From the NCBI GenBank assembly GCA_009699605.1, contig WLNW01000002.1, forward strand, positions 1-52,279: DNA of 52,279 nt, given 5' to 3'. Under the pieces are notes generated by a model. That model was not told the origin of the DNA. It saw only the letters and a program-made list of their open reading frames with translations, and ran no database searches. Source of the DNA: Actinomycetota bacterium. Its GTDB lineage: Bacteria; Actinomycetota; Acidimicrobiia; Acidimicrobiales; WLNW01. The position numbers and the translations under genes are program-made. This document shows positions 7,701-16,213 of the stretch, piece after piece. The number at the start of each line of letters is the position of its first letter. The stretch's first letter is position 1.

Positions 7701-9560
7701 GTGTGCCTCGCGCTCAAGCGAATGCTCTTGCGCTTCGGCATCGTCGGCAACCTGCATGCTCGCAAGATCGAGGACCATGGCGCGCACTACACGCTCTCCA
7801 TCGCCGACAAGGGCCACGCCAAGGCGTTCACCCAGCTCGTGCAACCGCACCTCACCGCGCAGAAAGCGGCCAAGGTCGATAGGTGGCTCGGCGAGTGGGG
7901 CCATGACACCAGCGCGACCAACATCGGAATCCCCGCGGTCTTCTTGGAGCTCGAGCTCCTCCGCCGGGCCAAGGTCACCGGCCGGTCGGCTCGCTCGCTC
8001 GGCGTTGACAGCGGCGGGTACGTCGCGTCGAGGGTGCTGCACCGCGACACGCTGAACGGCCTGTTGTACTCCGAACGTCTCGAGGATCTGCGCACCGGCG
8101 ACCTGCTCTGGGACACCGTGGTGTCCGTGGAGTACGTCGGCGACAAGGAGTGCTTCGACTTCGAGATGTTGCACCTCGACCGGCCGTACGCCGTCGTCGA
8201 AGATTTCGCGTTGCACAACTGCGGAAAAAAAGATCGCGTCCTCATCCAGAAGGAGCGCGAGAAGTTCGTGCTCGGGTGCGACACCAACGGCTACGGCGCC
8301 GCGCTCGGCACCAAGTGGTTCGACATCATCGAGCCGTTCGCCGACTACGCGTTCAACAAGAGCCACAGCTACGGCTACGGGTACATCGCGTACCAGATCG
8401 CCTACCTCAAGGCGAACTACCCGGTCGAGTACCTCGCGGCGCTGCTCACGAGCGTCAAGGCATCGCTCGACAAGGCGGCGATATATCTCAACGAGTGCCG
8501 CGTCATGGGCATCCGCGTCGCGGTGCCCGACGTGAACGAATCCCTCAGCGACTTCCGGGCGCTGCCCGATCTCGTGTCGTCGACCCACCCGCTCGGCACG
8601 GTGGTGTTCGGGCTGTCCGCGGTGCGCAACGTGGGCACCGGGCTCGTCGAGCACATGGTCAAAGAGCGCCAGGCCAACGGGAACTACTCGAGCTTCTACG
8701 ACTTCTGTGAGCGCGTCGATGTCACCGTGCTCAACAAGCGAACAATCGAGTCGCTCATCAAGGCGGGCGCCTTCGACTCGCTCGGCCACGCCCGCAAAGG
8801 GCTGCTGTCGGTCTTCGAGCGAATCATCGACGACACCGTGGCCCGGCGTCGCGAACACGACATGGGCGTCATGTCGCTGTTCGGCGAACTCGAGGGCGGC
8901 GTGGTGTACGAACGGGCGACCATCCCATCCGACGAGTTCGAGAAGATGCCTCGGCTCGCGTTCGAGAAAGAGATGCTCGGCCTCTACATCTCGGATCATC
9001 CGCTCATGGGGGCCGAGGTTGCCCTGCGCCGGCGCACCGACTGCACGCTGAGCGAGCTCACCGACGCGGCCGATGGCACCATGAAACGGGTCGGTGGGGT
9101 GGTCACGAACCTGCAGAAGAAGTGGACGAAGAAGGGCGAACTCATGGCCGTCTTCGTGCTCGAAGATCTCGAGACCTCGTTCGAGGTCATGGTGTTCCCG
9201 CGCACCATGACCGAGCACGGCCACAAGCTGGTCGACGACGCCATCGTCACGATGCGCATCCGGGTCGACGGCCGCGACGATCTGCCCAAGCTCATCGCCC
9301 ACGAGATCGACATCGTCGAGAACATCGATGTCGGGGTGGCCGCTCCCGTGCGGGTGCGGCTGTCGGCCAACGCGCTGCACCCCAGACTCATCGATACGCT
9401 CAAATCGTTGTTCTCGGAGCACCCGGGTGATTCGCCGGTGTTCCTGCACCTCGACGAGCGGCAGGTGCTCCGGCTGCCGGCGAACTTCTCCGTCGACGCC
9501 GGAAATGGCTTGGTCGCCGAGTTGCGCGTGCTGCTCGGACCTGACGCAATTCTCGTCTGA
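4770..9560 (+). CDS. dnaE: DNA polymerase III alpha subunit (DnaE1), interrupted by an intein
   Basis: PHP-domain N-terminus FTHLHVHTEFSMLDGA, a polymerase core and OB fold. It is 1596 aa, or 1188 aa once the 408-aa insertion is removed. GTG start. Confidence 0.95.
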   Translation: MPDSFTHLHVHTEFSMLDGAARVGELVAAAASDGQPALGITDHGNMYGILDFYKECRKQGVTPILGTEAYMAHESRHERPARRGRVDDSGGDTDGGAKLYYHLTLLAENNVGYKNLIQLSSRAYMEGYYYKPRVDWETLADHSKGLIATTGCLGGHVLQSLMRGDMEAAVTKAARLQDIFGRDNLFVEIQDQGIPEQHRTNPMLFDLARRIKAPLLATNDSHYVHRHDAIAHDALLCVQTGSLMSDPDRFKFSGDEHYLKTAAEMRHVFSEVPESCDNTLWIAERCNVEIEFGKPQLPEFPLPAEFAPQEGEAYDVKCRQYLEHLTFEGARARWGAALPDAVVERLAYELQVIGDMGFSSYFLIVGDLIAYARGRDIRVGPGRGSAAGCAVAYCLRITDLDPIKYDLLFERFLNPSRVSMPDIDMDFDSRYRDEMIRYAAERYGRDHVAQIVTFSQIKARAAVRDAARVLGYPYIVGDKIAKAMPPLIMGRDTPLAACLELNPKFEDGFKMASEIRDMYANDADAHKVIDVARGLEGLRRQDGIHAAAVVITKDPLTEYLPIQRKPEAGGNIENAPVVTQYEMHGVEELGLLKMDFLGLRNLDVISDALVLIKATCGIDVDIDNVALDDAKTYELLCRGDTIGVFQLESPPMRALIRSMGPDCFEDVAALVALYRPGPMAANMHNDYADRKNGRKEIAYLHPDAEEILGGTYGLSIYQEQVMRIAQRFAGYSLAEADNLRKACLPAGTKILTKEHGYVPIEQVMRLRCRDVQTIDPQTGSSRYEPVNDVWSVGVKPVYRLTTSTGYTVEATGNHPFLIEDTWCRLDTIELGDLVGVASRTRTEGGSKATTAETELAALLISEGYTPNHAAGVHANAHFSNTDPELLDAFRRAFEAHFGYPHARSWTDGRIIQLWLTRAELAALLPALGTVGLAADKSIPDRIINASAHKVERFLGLYFCADGWADRSGAHYGSKSRAVCLALKRMLLRFGIVGNLHARKIEDHGAHYTLSIADKGHAKAFTQLVQPHLTAQKAAKVDRWLGEWGHDTSATNIGIPAVFLELELLRRAKVTGRSARSLGVDSGGYVASRVLHRDTLNGLLYSERLEDLRTGDLLWDTVVSVEYVGDKECFDFEMLHLDRPYAVVEDFALHNCGKKDRVLIQKEREKFVLGCDTNGYGAALGTKWFDIIEPFADYAFNKSHSYGYGYIAYQIAYLKANYPVEYLAALLTSVKASLDKAAIYLNECRVMGIRVAVPDVNESLSDFRALPDLVSSTHPLGTVVFGLSAVRNVGTGLVEHMVKERQANGNYSSFYDFCERVDVTVLNKRTIESLIKAGAFDSLGHARKGLLSVFERIIDDTVARRREHDMGVMSLFGELEGGVVYERATIPSDEFEKMPRLAFEKEMLGLYISDHPLMGAEVALRRRTDCTLSELTDAADGTMKRVGGVVTNLQKKWTKKGELMAVFVLEDLETSFEVMVFPRTMTEHGHKLVDDAIVTMRIRVDGRDDLPKLIAHEIDIVENIDVGVAAPVRVRLSANALHPRLIDTLKSLFSEHPGDSPVFLHLDERQVLRLPANFSVDAGNGLVAELRVLLGPDAILV
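6996..8219 (+). mobile_element. Full-length class-1 intein with a LAGLIDADG homing-endonuclease domain, inserted in DnaE
   Basis: The extein junction LRKA|C...HN|CGKKD replaces the Met of the conserved LRRAMGKK motif. Block A is CLPAGTKILT and block B is TGNHPF. LAGLIDADG-like motifs are LAALLISEGYT and FLGLYFCADGWAD. The C-terminal block is VVEDFALHN followed by a +1 Cys. Confidence 0.9.
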
Positions 9561-9693
9561 GCACGACCGGGCCGTCGTCCCGGTATCCTGGGTGCACTGG
9601 TCTCGCGAGACTGTTGCGACTCCAAGTTGCGGATCTGCCCCGCGAGCGCTGGACTAGAAGCGTCAGAAATCCGTCCGAGCCGGGGTTGCGTGT

Positions 9694-10365
9694 ATGCCGA
9701 TCGAGGTCGAAACCAAGGACTGCACGGCGCTGAGTGATGCCGAGTTGGCCGAAATGGCTGATCTCGGAGGCGACGGTTCGCACCGCTTCGAGATCGGGCA
9801 CTTGTCGAAGCAAGCCGAGGCCTGGGTGCTCATCGCCGTGGCCAAGGAGAGCGACAAGGTCAAGGGCTTTGCGTTCTTCACCCTCGAGCGTATCGGTGGC
9901 ACGCCGAGCGTGCTCATCGGCCTCGGGGCGGTCAAGCGCACCGCCAAGCGCGACAGCGTGCTCAAGGCCATCATCAACGAGCAGATGCGCCGGGCCGTGC
10001 TCGCCTTCCCCGACGAAGACGTGCTGGTCGGCTGTCGCTTCGACAGCGCAGGCGCCTTCGAGGCGTACAAGACGCTGCATGATGTCGTGCCTCGCCCCGA
10101 GCACAAGGCCACGGGCGAGGAGCGGGCGTGGGGTCGCCGGCTCGTCAAGCGATTCGGGATCGACGCCACCGAATACGAGGATCGGGTGTTCGTAGCCCGA
10201 GGCGACGGCGGTGTGCCCTGTGTGCTCGCCCATGCCAGCGCCAAGCCCGACAAGATCAGCCCCGACGTCGAGGCGTTCTTTGAGACGCTCGACGCCGAGC
10301 GCGGTGACGTGCTCATCGCCTTCGGCTGGGCCAAGGCCGAAGACCTCCTCAAGCTCGGTTCCTGA
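9694..10365 (+). CDS. Hypothetical protein (possible GNAT-like fold)
   Basis: A clean 223-aa ORF with ATG start and protein-like composition. I recognise no diagnostic motif. Confidence 0.5.
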   Translation: MPIEVETKDCTALSDAELAEMADLGGDGSHRFEIGHLSKQAEAWVLIAVAKESDKVKGFAFFTLERIGGTPSVLIGLGAVKRTAKRDSVLKAIINEQMRRAVLAFPDEDVLVGCRFDSAGAFEAYKTLHDVVPRPEHKATGEERAWGRRLVKRFGIDATEYEDRVFVARGDGGVPCVLAHASAKPDKISPDVEAFFETLDAERGDVLIAFGWAKAEDLLKLGS

Positions 10366-10400
10366 TCGCGAGCGTTTCTCCGGCGTATCGAACGACGGTC

Positions 10401-11006
10401 ATGGACCTCACCGAGACGTTGGCCCGGCGCCACATGGTGCGCTCGTTCCTTGACCGACCTGTCCCCGCGGCACCGCTGCAACGGGTGCTCGCGGCGGCCA
10501 CTCGGGCCCCGTCGGCCGGCTACGCCCAAGGGCTCGACCTCGTCGTGCTCGATGAGCCGGTGGCCCGGTCGCAGTACTGGGACACGACCCTGCCCGCGCC
10601 GCGCCGCGCCACCTTCCCGTGGCCCGGCCTCCTGGTCGCACCGGTCCTGATACTGGTCTGCGTCGACCCCGGGGCCTATGTGGCGCGCTACGCCGAGCCC
10701 GACAAGCGGGCCACCGGCCTCGGCTCGGGCGCCGATGCGTGGGCCGTTCCCTTCTGGTTCGTCGATGCGGGGATGGCGGCCGAGAACGTGCTCCTCGCGG
10801 CGGTCGACGAAGGACTCGGCGCCTGCTTCTTCGGGGTTTTCGATCACGAGCCGGCGCTCAAGGCGGCGCTCGGCATCCCGGCCGCCGTGCGCACCGTGGG
10901 CACGATCGCTATCGGGCACGAAGACCGCGCCGGCGCCCGACCGAGCCGTTCGTCGCGCCGCGACCGGCGCCCTGTCGGCGACGTGGTTCACGTCGGACGC
11001 TGGTAA
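10401..11006 (+). CDS. Nitroreductase-family protein
   Basis: N-terminus LARRHMVRSF...VLAAATRAPSAGYAQG, and a C-terminus RRDRRPVGDVVHVGRW typical of actinobacterial nitroreductase-family proteins. Confidence 0.75.
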   Translation: MDLTETLARRHMVRSFLDRPVPAAPLQRVLAAATRAPSAGYAQGLDLVVLDEPVARSQYWDTTLPAPRRATFPWPGLLVAPVLILVCVDPGAYVARYAEPDKRATGLGSGADAWAVPFWFVDAGMAAENVLLAAVDEGLGACFFGVFDHEPALKAALGIPAAVRTVGTIAIGHEDRAGARPSRSSRRDRRPVGDVVHVGRW

Positions 11007-11043
11007 CTTCTCCCTGTTGCGTGATCGGGGAGACGAAGCCGAG

Positions 11044-11445
11044 ATGGCTGCACAAGTTCCGTTGGTGTCGTATCTGGTTCTCGACGGCGCAGGCCCGTAC
11101 CTGTCGGCCCATGTTTGCACCGCCTGTGGTGCGCGGTCCCTCGAGCGCCGCAATGCGTGCCCCAAGTGCGGCAGCGCCGCTGGCTTCGACAAAGCCCGCC
11201 TGGCCGACACGGGCGTGGTCACGTCGTTCACGATCGTGCAGCGCGCGGCACCCGGGGTGAAGGCCCCGTTCATCTCGGCCACCATTGCCTTGGACGGCGG
11301 CGGCGCGGTCACTGCGAACGTCGTCGACACCGAACCCGACCCCGAGCACGTCACGCTCGGCATGCCGGTCACGCTCACCACGTTCGTCGTTGGCACCGCC
11401 GACGACGGCGCCGAAGCCGTCGCGTTCGGCTACGCCCCGATCTGA
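11044..11445 (+). CDS. Zn-ribbon/OB-fold protein (DUF35 family, thiolase-associated)
   Basis: CTACGARSLERRNACPKCGS rubredoxin-like ribbon followed by an OB-fold segment. It sits directly upstream of a thiolase-like gene, which is the usual pairing. Confidence 0.8.
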   Translation: MAAQVPLVSYLVLDGAGPYLSAHVCTACGARSLERRNACPKCGSAAGFDKARLADTGVVTSFTIVQRAAPGVKAPFISATIALDGGGAVTANVVDTEPDPEHVTLGMPVTLTTFVVGTADDGAEAVAFGYAPI

Positions 11446-11512
11446 ATCGCTTCACCCGAATCCGATCATCCCGATCGCACCACCTGCCCGCATCGTTCGA
11501 AGGAGTCCACCA

Positions 11513-12718
11513 ATGGCTGGAGACAATGTCTGGGTCCTCGGGGCTCACATGACCAAGTTCGGCCGTCACGACGACAAGGACGTGCTTGACCTGGCGGCCA
11601 TCGCGTCGCTGGCCGCGCTCGCCGACGGCGGCGTGACCATCCAGGACATGGATGTCATAGGCGCTGGCTCGCTGTTCAACGCCGCGTCGGGCATCGGTCA
11701 GCAGATCCAGAAGCAGATCGGTCAGACCGGTATCCCGGTGTTCAACGTCGTCAACGCGTGCGCCACCGGCGCTACTGCGGTGCGTGCGGTGTACCTGTCG
11801 ATCAAGGCCGGCGAGGCCGACATGGGGTTGGCGGTCGGCGTCGAGCAGATGGGCAAGATGGGCCTGCTTGGCATGGGGGCAGGCGGCAGCGGCAAGACGG
11901 AGTACGTGCCGTCGGGCCGCGACGGGCGGGTCATGCCCACCGAGGGCCTCCTCGGCACCTTCAGCATGCCGGGCGTGTTCGCGCAGGCCGGCATGCAGTA
12001 CCTGTACGAGAACGACGACGTCGATGTCGAGCACTTCTACAAGATCAGTGAGAAAAACCACGCGCACTCCACGCTGAACCCGCTGTCGCAGTACCAGAAG
12101 CGCTTCAGCCTCGACGAGATCAAGGCCGCGCCCATGATCTCGTTCCCGAACACGATGCCCATGTGCTCACCGAACACCGACGGTGCGGCCGCAGTGGTGC
12201 TGATCAGCGAGGAACGCCTCCGGTCGATGCCCAAGGAGGTGCAGCGCCGTGCGGTGAAGATCTCCGCGTCTGTGCTGCAGACCGATCCGTGGGTCGAGTC
12301 GGGCGCCGCGTTGCCCGACGTCAACACCTGCACGCGCAACGCAGCGAAGAAGGCATACGAGATCGCGGGCGTCGATCCGCAGGATCTCGACCTCGTCGAA
12401 CTGCACGACTGCTTCGCCACGGCCGAACTGTTGCACTACGACAACCTCGGCCTGTGCGAGCCGGGTGGTGCGGGCAAGTTCCTCGACGAGCACGGCCCGT
12501 ACCGCGACGGCAAGATCCCGGTCAACGTGTCAGGCGGCCTCGAGTCGAAGGGTCACCCCATCGCGGCCACCGGCGTGGCCGGCGTGTACGAGATCACGAC
12601 GCATCTGCGCGGCGAGGCCGGCGATCGCCAGATCGAAGGCGCGAAGGTCGGCCTCACGCACGTGATCGGACTTGGCTCCACGTGCGGTATCCACATCCTC
12701 GAGAAGGCGTCGCTCTAG
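11513..12718 (+). CDS. Thiolase-domain protein (SCP-x / lipid-transfer-protein type)
   Basis: MAGDNVWVLGAHMTKFGRH, VNACATGATAV, and the C-terminal NVSGGLESKGHPIAATG...GLGSTCG. AAGGAG Shine-Dalgarno sequence upstream of ATG 11513. Confidence 0.85.
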   Translation: MAGDNVWVLGAHMTKFGRHDDKDVLDLAAIASLAALADGGVTIQDMDVIGAGSLFNAASGIGQQIQKQIGQTGIPVFNVVNACATGATAVRAVYLSIKAGEADMGLAVGVEQMGKMGLLGMGAGGSGKTEYVPSGRDGRVMPTEGLLGTFSMPGVFAQAGMQYLYENDDVDVEHFYKISEKNHAHSTLNPLSQYQKRFSLDEIKAAPMISFPNTMPMCSPNTDGAAAVVLISEERLRSMPKEVQRRAVKISASVLQTDPWVESGAALPDVNTCTRNAAKKAYEIAGVDPQDLDLVELHDCFATAELLHYDNLGLCEPGGAGKFLDEHGPYRDGKIPVNVSGGLESKGHPIAATGVAGVYEITTHLRGEAGDRQIEGAKVGLTHVIGLGSTCGIHILEKASL

Positions 12719-12726
12719 ACCCGCCC

Positions 12727-13770
12727 ATGGCTGACAAAGGGGAGCTTCTCGAAATCGTCGACGCGTCGCCCGAAGCGGTCATGGACTACTTCGACGACCG
12801 CGGATGGGGAGACGGGCTCCCGCTCGTGCCGCCCACCGTCGAACGGGTCGAAGCGATGCTGGCGGCGTGCGGCGGGGCCGACCCCGACGAGGTGCTGTCG
12901 GTGCTCCCACCGCGCTTCGGCGAGTGCACCCGACGCATGGTTGCGATCAACGCGGTGCTGGCCGGCTGCCGACCCGATGTCATGCCGGTGCTCGTCACCG
13001 CTGCCCGCGCGCTCGGCCACCCCGAGCTCAACCTGCGGGGCGTCAACGCCACCACGCATCCGGTGGCCCCGTTGCTCATCGTTCACGGCGACATCGCCAC
13101 CTCGGCGGGTTACAACAGCGGACTCGGCGCGTTCGGGCCGGGGAACCGGGCCAACGCCACCACGGGTCGGGCGGTGCGCTTCTTGTTGTTGCACGTGGCC
13201 GGCGCTCGTCCGGGCCCGGGTGACGCGTCCACCCAGGGCCAGCCGGCGAAGTACTCGTACTGCGTGGCCGAGAACACGGCGGCCAGCCCGTGGGAGAGCT
13301 ACCCGCGCTCGGTCGGTGTCGATGCGCCGTCGGCTATCACCTTGCACTGCGGTGAGAACCCGCACAACTTTCACGATATGGAAGCCGATCACCCCGGACC
13401 CATCCTCGAAAAGGCCGCGTCGGTGATGGCCACGCTCGGCGTGAACAACGCACCGATTGGCCAGGGCGAGTACTTCGTCGGGCTCGGGCCCGAGCACGCG
13501 GCGACCATCGCGAGCCATAACTGGACCCGGCGCGACGTGCAGAGCTACCTGTACGAGCGCGCCCGGTTGCCGGCGGGGCTCTACCGTAAGCAGTTCGGTT
13601 CGCTGGCTTGGTTCCCGTGGATGCATGAGGTGCCCGACGATCACCTCATGCCGGCTACCGGCCATCCTGATCACTTCAAGATCTTCGTGGTCGGCGGCGC
13701 GGGCAAGCACAGTTGCGTGGTGCCCAGCTGGGGCATGACCAAATCGGTGACCTTGGCGGTCGCGCCATGA
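12727..13770 (+). CDS. Conserved hypothetical protein (347 aa), upstream partner of the candidate selenoprotein
   Basis: Long ORF with ATG start 8 nt after the thiolase stop and protein-like composition (DYFDDRGWGDGLPLVPPT...). I do not recognise a family. Confidence 0.6.
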   Translation: MADKGELLEIVDASPEAVMDYFDDRGWGDGLPLVPPTVERVEAMLAACGGADPDEVLSVLPPRFGECTRRMVAINAVLAGCRPDVMPVLVTAARALGHPELNLRGVNATTHPVAPLLIVHGDIATSAGYNSGLGAFGPGNRANATTGRAVRFLLLHVAGARPGPGDASTQGQPAKYSYCVAENTAASPWESYPRSVGVDAPSAITLHCGENPHNFHDMEADHPGPILEKAASVMATLGVNNAPIGQGEYFVGLGPEHAATIASHNWTRRDVQSYLYERARLPAGLYRKQFGSLAWFPWMHEVPDDHLMPATGHPDHFKIFVVGGAGKHSCVVPSWGMTKSVTLAVAP

Positions 13771-13804
13771 GCGCCGTCGCCGCGTTCCTCTCCCAGGAGT
13801 CCGC

Positions 13805-14341
13805 ATGAGTCTTCGCGTCTATGCCCCCGACGGTGCGATGGGAAAGCCCCCGGTGCACCGGGCCACTTCGCCCGCCGTGCTCACGAACTTGCGCATCGGC
13901 GTGCTCGACAACGCCAAGCCGAACGCTCGTGCTCTCATGGTGCGAACCGCCGAACAGATCGCGGCGCGCACCGGCGCCCGGCTCGTGCTCGTCACCGACA
14001 AGGGGCCGGGCGGAAACGCGGCCACCCCGTGCACCCCTGGGGTGTTCGACCAACTCGGCGAGGAGGTCGACCTGGTCCTCACCGGGTCGGCCGATTGAGG
14101 CAGTTGCACGTCGTGGAGTGTCCACGACTCCGTAGAGCTCGAAAAGCGCGGCATCCCCACGGTGGTGTTCACCACCACCAAGTTCGAGCTGCTCACGAAC
14201 AAGGTGGCGGCGAGCTTCGGGTTGCCCGACGCGCGTATCGTCACGGTCGATCATCCGCTCGGCGGAACGGACAGGGCGACGATCGAACGGTGGGCCGATG
14301 CTGCGGTCGACACGGTGGTGGCGCTGCTGACCAGCGGCTGA
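13805..14341 (+). CDS. Candidate selenoprotein of the UGSC type, with in-frame TGA at 14096-14098 read as Sec (178 aa)
   Basis: The ORF track stops at 14098, but the same frame stays open for 80 more codons to TGA 14339-14341 with clearly protein-like sequence (GSCTSWSVHDSVELEKRGIPTVVFTTTKFELLTNKVAASFGLPDARIVTVDHPLGG...). The motif around the TGA reads GSAD-U-G-S-C. A hairpin begins 11 nt downstream. AGGAG Shine-Dalgarno sequence before ATG 13805. Confidence 0.7.
14110..14128 (+). promoter_or_regulatory. Candidate bacterial SECIS hairpin
   Basis: GTCGTGG-AGTGT-CCACGAC forms a perfect 7-bp stem with a 5-nt loop containing GU. It begins exactly 11 nt after the in-frame TGA. Confidence 0.6.
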
Positions 14342-14453
14342 CCACCGGGTTCGCGTCGGCTGTGCGCTGCCGTCGGCGCCGAACGGCAGAGTGCGCGAGG
14401 CTTCGGCCGGGACCGGCACGACATTGGCGTCGTGCGCTCGGAGGGGCACGCGC

Positions 14454-15380
14454 ATGAAGGCCGTAGTGAACGGGGAGGGCGGCGTGACGGTCGCGGAGGT
14501 CGACGAACCCGATGGTCCCGGCGCACGGCTCGAGATCCGGTCGTCGAGCATCTGCGGCACCGACCTCAACTTCATCGCGATGGGCGCCACGGGCTTCGTG
14601 TACGGCCATGAGTTCGCCGGAGTCGTCGACGGCGTGCCCTACGCGATCGAACCGACCTTGCATTGCGGAACCTGCGACCAGTGCATCGCGGGCCACACCC
14701 AACGGTGCACGAACGGCGCGGCGAACTTGGGCATCTTCGTCAACGGTGGACTCTGCGAACGGCTCATCGTGCCCGAGTACACCCTGGTGCCATTGCCGGC
14801 ATCTTTGCCGGTAGAAGACGCATGCCTCGTCGAGACCGGCTCGGTGGCCATGCACGGGGTGCGCCGCGCGGCCATCGTCCCGGGCGAGCGCGTGGTCGTG
14901 GTCGGCGGAGGCAGCATTGGTCTGCTGGCGGTCGCATCGGTTCGTCATCTCGGTCACCCCGTCGACCTCGAAGCGCGCCATCCTGCGCAGGCCGCGGCGG
15001 GCGAGCGCCTGGGCGCGGGTCGGCCCTCGGGGGCGTACGACGTGATCATCGAAGCCACTGGCTCGGCCTCGGGCGTCATTCGATGCACGGAGCTGGCCTC
15101 ACCCGGCGCGCGCGTCATCCTGCTCGGCGTGTTCCACGACACGGTGCCGCTGCCGGGCATCGTCACGCTGGTGAAAGAGCTCACCTTCACTGCCGCCATG
15201 GCGTACGGCACTTCCGACGGCGTTCGCGAGACCGAGCTCGTCGCGCAGATGCTCGGCGCGACGCCCGAGATCGCCCGCACCGTGATCACCCATCGCTTCG
15301 CACTCGCCGACGCGCCCGAGGCGTTCCGCGTCGCAGGCGATCGTGCGGCGGGTGCGATCAAGGTGGTGCTGCAACCTTGA
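14454..15380 (+). CDS. Zinc-dependent alcohol dehydrogenase family (MDR) oxidoreductase
   Basis: SSSICGTDLNF, GHEFAG, and the structural-zinc motif CGTCDQCIAGHTQRC. Rossmann motif VVGGGSIGL. Confidence 0.85.
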   Translation: MKAVVNGEGGVTVAEVDEPDGPGARLEIRSSSICGTDLNFIAMGATGFVYGHEFAGVVDGVPYAIEPTLHCGTCDQCIAGHTQRCTNGAANLGIFVNGGLCERLIVPEYTLVPLPASLPVEDACLVETGSVAMHGVRRAAIVPGERVVVVGGGSIGLLAVASVRHLGHPVDLEARHPAQAAAGERLGAGRPSGAYDVIIEATGSASGVIRCTELASPGARVILLGVFHDTVPLPGIVTLVKELTFTAAMAYGTSDGVRETELVAQMLGATPEIARTVITHRFALADAPEAFRVAGDRAAGAIKVVLQP

Positions 15381-16213
15381 GCATCACGATCGACCATGCC
15401 GGTCAGGTCGCGCTGGTCACCGGTGCCGGTGCCGGGATCGGACGAGAAATCGCGCGGTGGCTCGCCCGCGCCGGCGCGGCGGTCGCGGTGAACGACATCC
15501 GCGCTGCGAACGCCGACGCCGTCGTCGCCGAAATCGAAGCCGAAGGTGGGCGGGCGGTGGCGGTGGTCGCGGACTGCCGCGACGACGCACAGGTCGAGCT
15601 CATGGTGGCCACGGTCCTCGACCGGCTGGGCGGGCTCGACATCGCCGTCAACAACATCGGCATGCTCCCCAAGGGCCGCGGCACGATGCCGTTCGTCGAG
15701 ATGGACGGCGCCTATTGGCGCGACATCGTCGAGCAGAACTTCGTGCTGGCCGCGCTCTGCGCCCGAGCCGAGGCGCGGGCGCTGCTCGCGCAGGGCCGCG
15801 GTGGCGTGATCCTCTTCGTAACCTCCGGTGAGACCACCCGACCGTCGCCATTCAACTCGAGCTACGCGTCCTCCAAGGCGGCGCTGAACCACCTGACCAC
15901 GTCGCTCGCGGTCGAGCTCGGCCCCGACGGCATCCGCGTGCTGGCCATCGCACCGGGTACCACGCTCACCGAATCGGTCCGTGCCGCGTTCACCGAGGAA
16001 CACGTCGCCCAGATCGTGGGCTCCACCGCACTGCGCCGCATGGTCGAGCACGACGAGTTGGCGCGACTGACGGTGTTTCTCACGAGCGATCTGGCGCGGT
16101 GCATCACCGGCCAGTTCATCCTCGCCGACGCCGGGGCGTTCCTCTCGCGCACCCGACCGCGTAACCTTCGACACGACGAGACTGAACTCACGAAAGGCGA
16201 CCCGCGTGCTTGA
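15377..16213 (+). CDS. SDR-family oxidoreductase
   Basis: VALVTGAGAGIGREIA, NNIG and YASSKAAL motifs. The only in-frame start near the N-terminus is TTG 15377, which overlaps the upstream stop (TTGA). Confidence 0.8.
   Translation: MSITIDHAGQVALVTGAGAGIGREIARWLARAGAAVAVNDIRAANADAVVAEIEAEGGRAVAVVADCRDDAQVELMVATVLDRLGGLDIAVNNIGMLPKGRGTMPFVEMDGAYWRDIVEQNFVLAALCARAEARALLAQGRGGVILFVTSGETTRPSPFNSSYASSKAALNHLTTSLAVELGPDGIRVLAIAPGTTLTESVRAAFTEEHVAQIVGSTALRRMVEHDELARLTVFLTSDLARCITGQFILADAGAFLSRTRPRNLRHDETELTKGDPRA

Noticed and set aside
4596-9449. Very long minus-strand ORFs (4596-7400, 934 aa; 7422-9449, 675 aa) antisense to dnaE
   Set aside because: They overlap an unmistakable dnaE coding sequence. 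Their translations are Arg/Gly/Asp/Val-rich, as expected for the antisense frame of high-G+C genes, and carry no recognisable motifs. The same reasoning applies to 9663-11396(-), 19283-20869(-), 28350-30305(-), 34793-36148(-), 44225-45721(+) and similar track entries.
9561-9580. Small hairpin ACGAC-(6 nt)-GTCGT just after the dnaE stop as a terminator
   Set aside because: The stem is only 5 bp with no U-tract, so it is not distinguishable from chance in high-G+C DNA.
14367-14389. Hairpin CTGCCG-(11 nt)-CGGCAG after the selenoprotein gene as a terminator
   Set aside because: The stem is only 6 bp, the loop is large and there is no U-tract. The next gene is co-directional 65 nt further on. The evidence is too weak to call.
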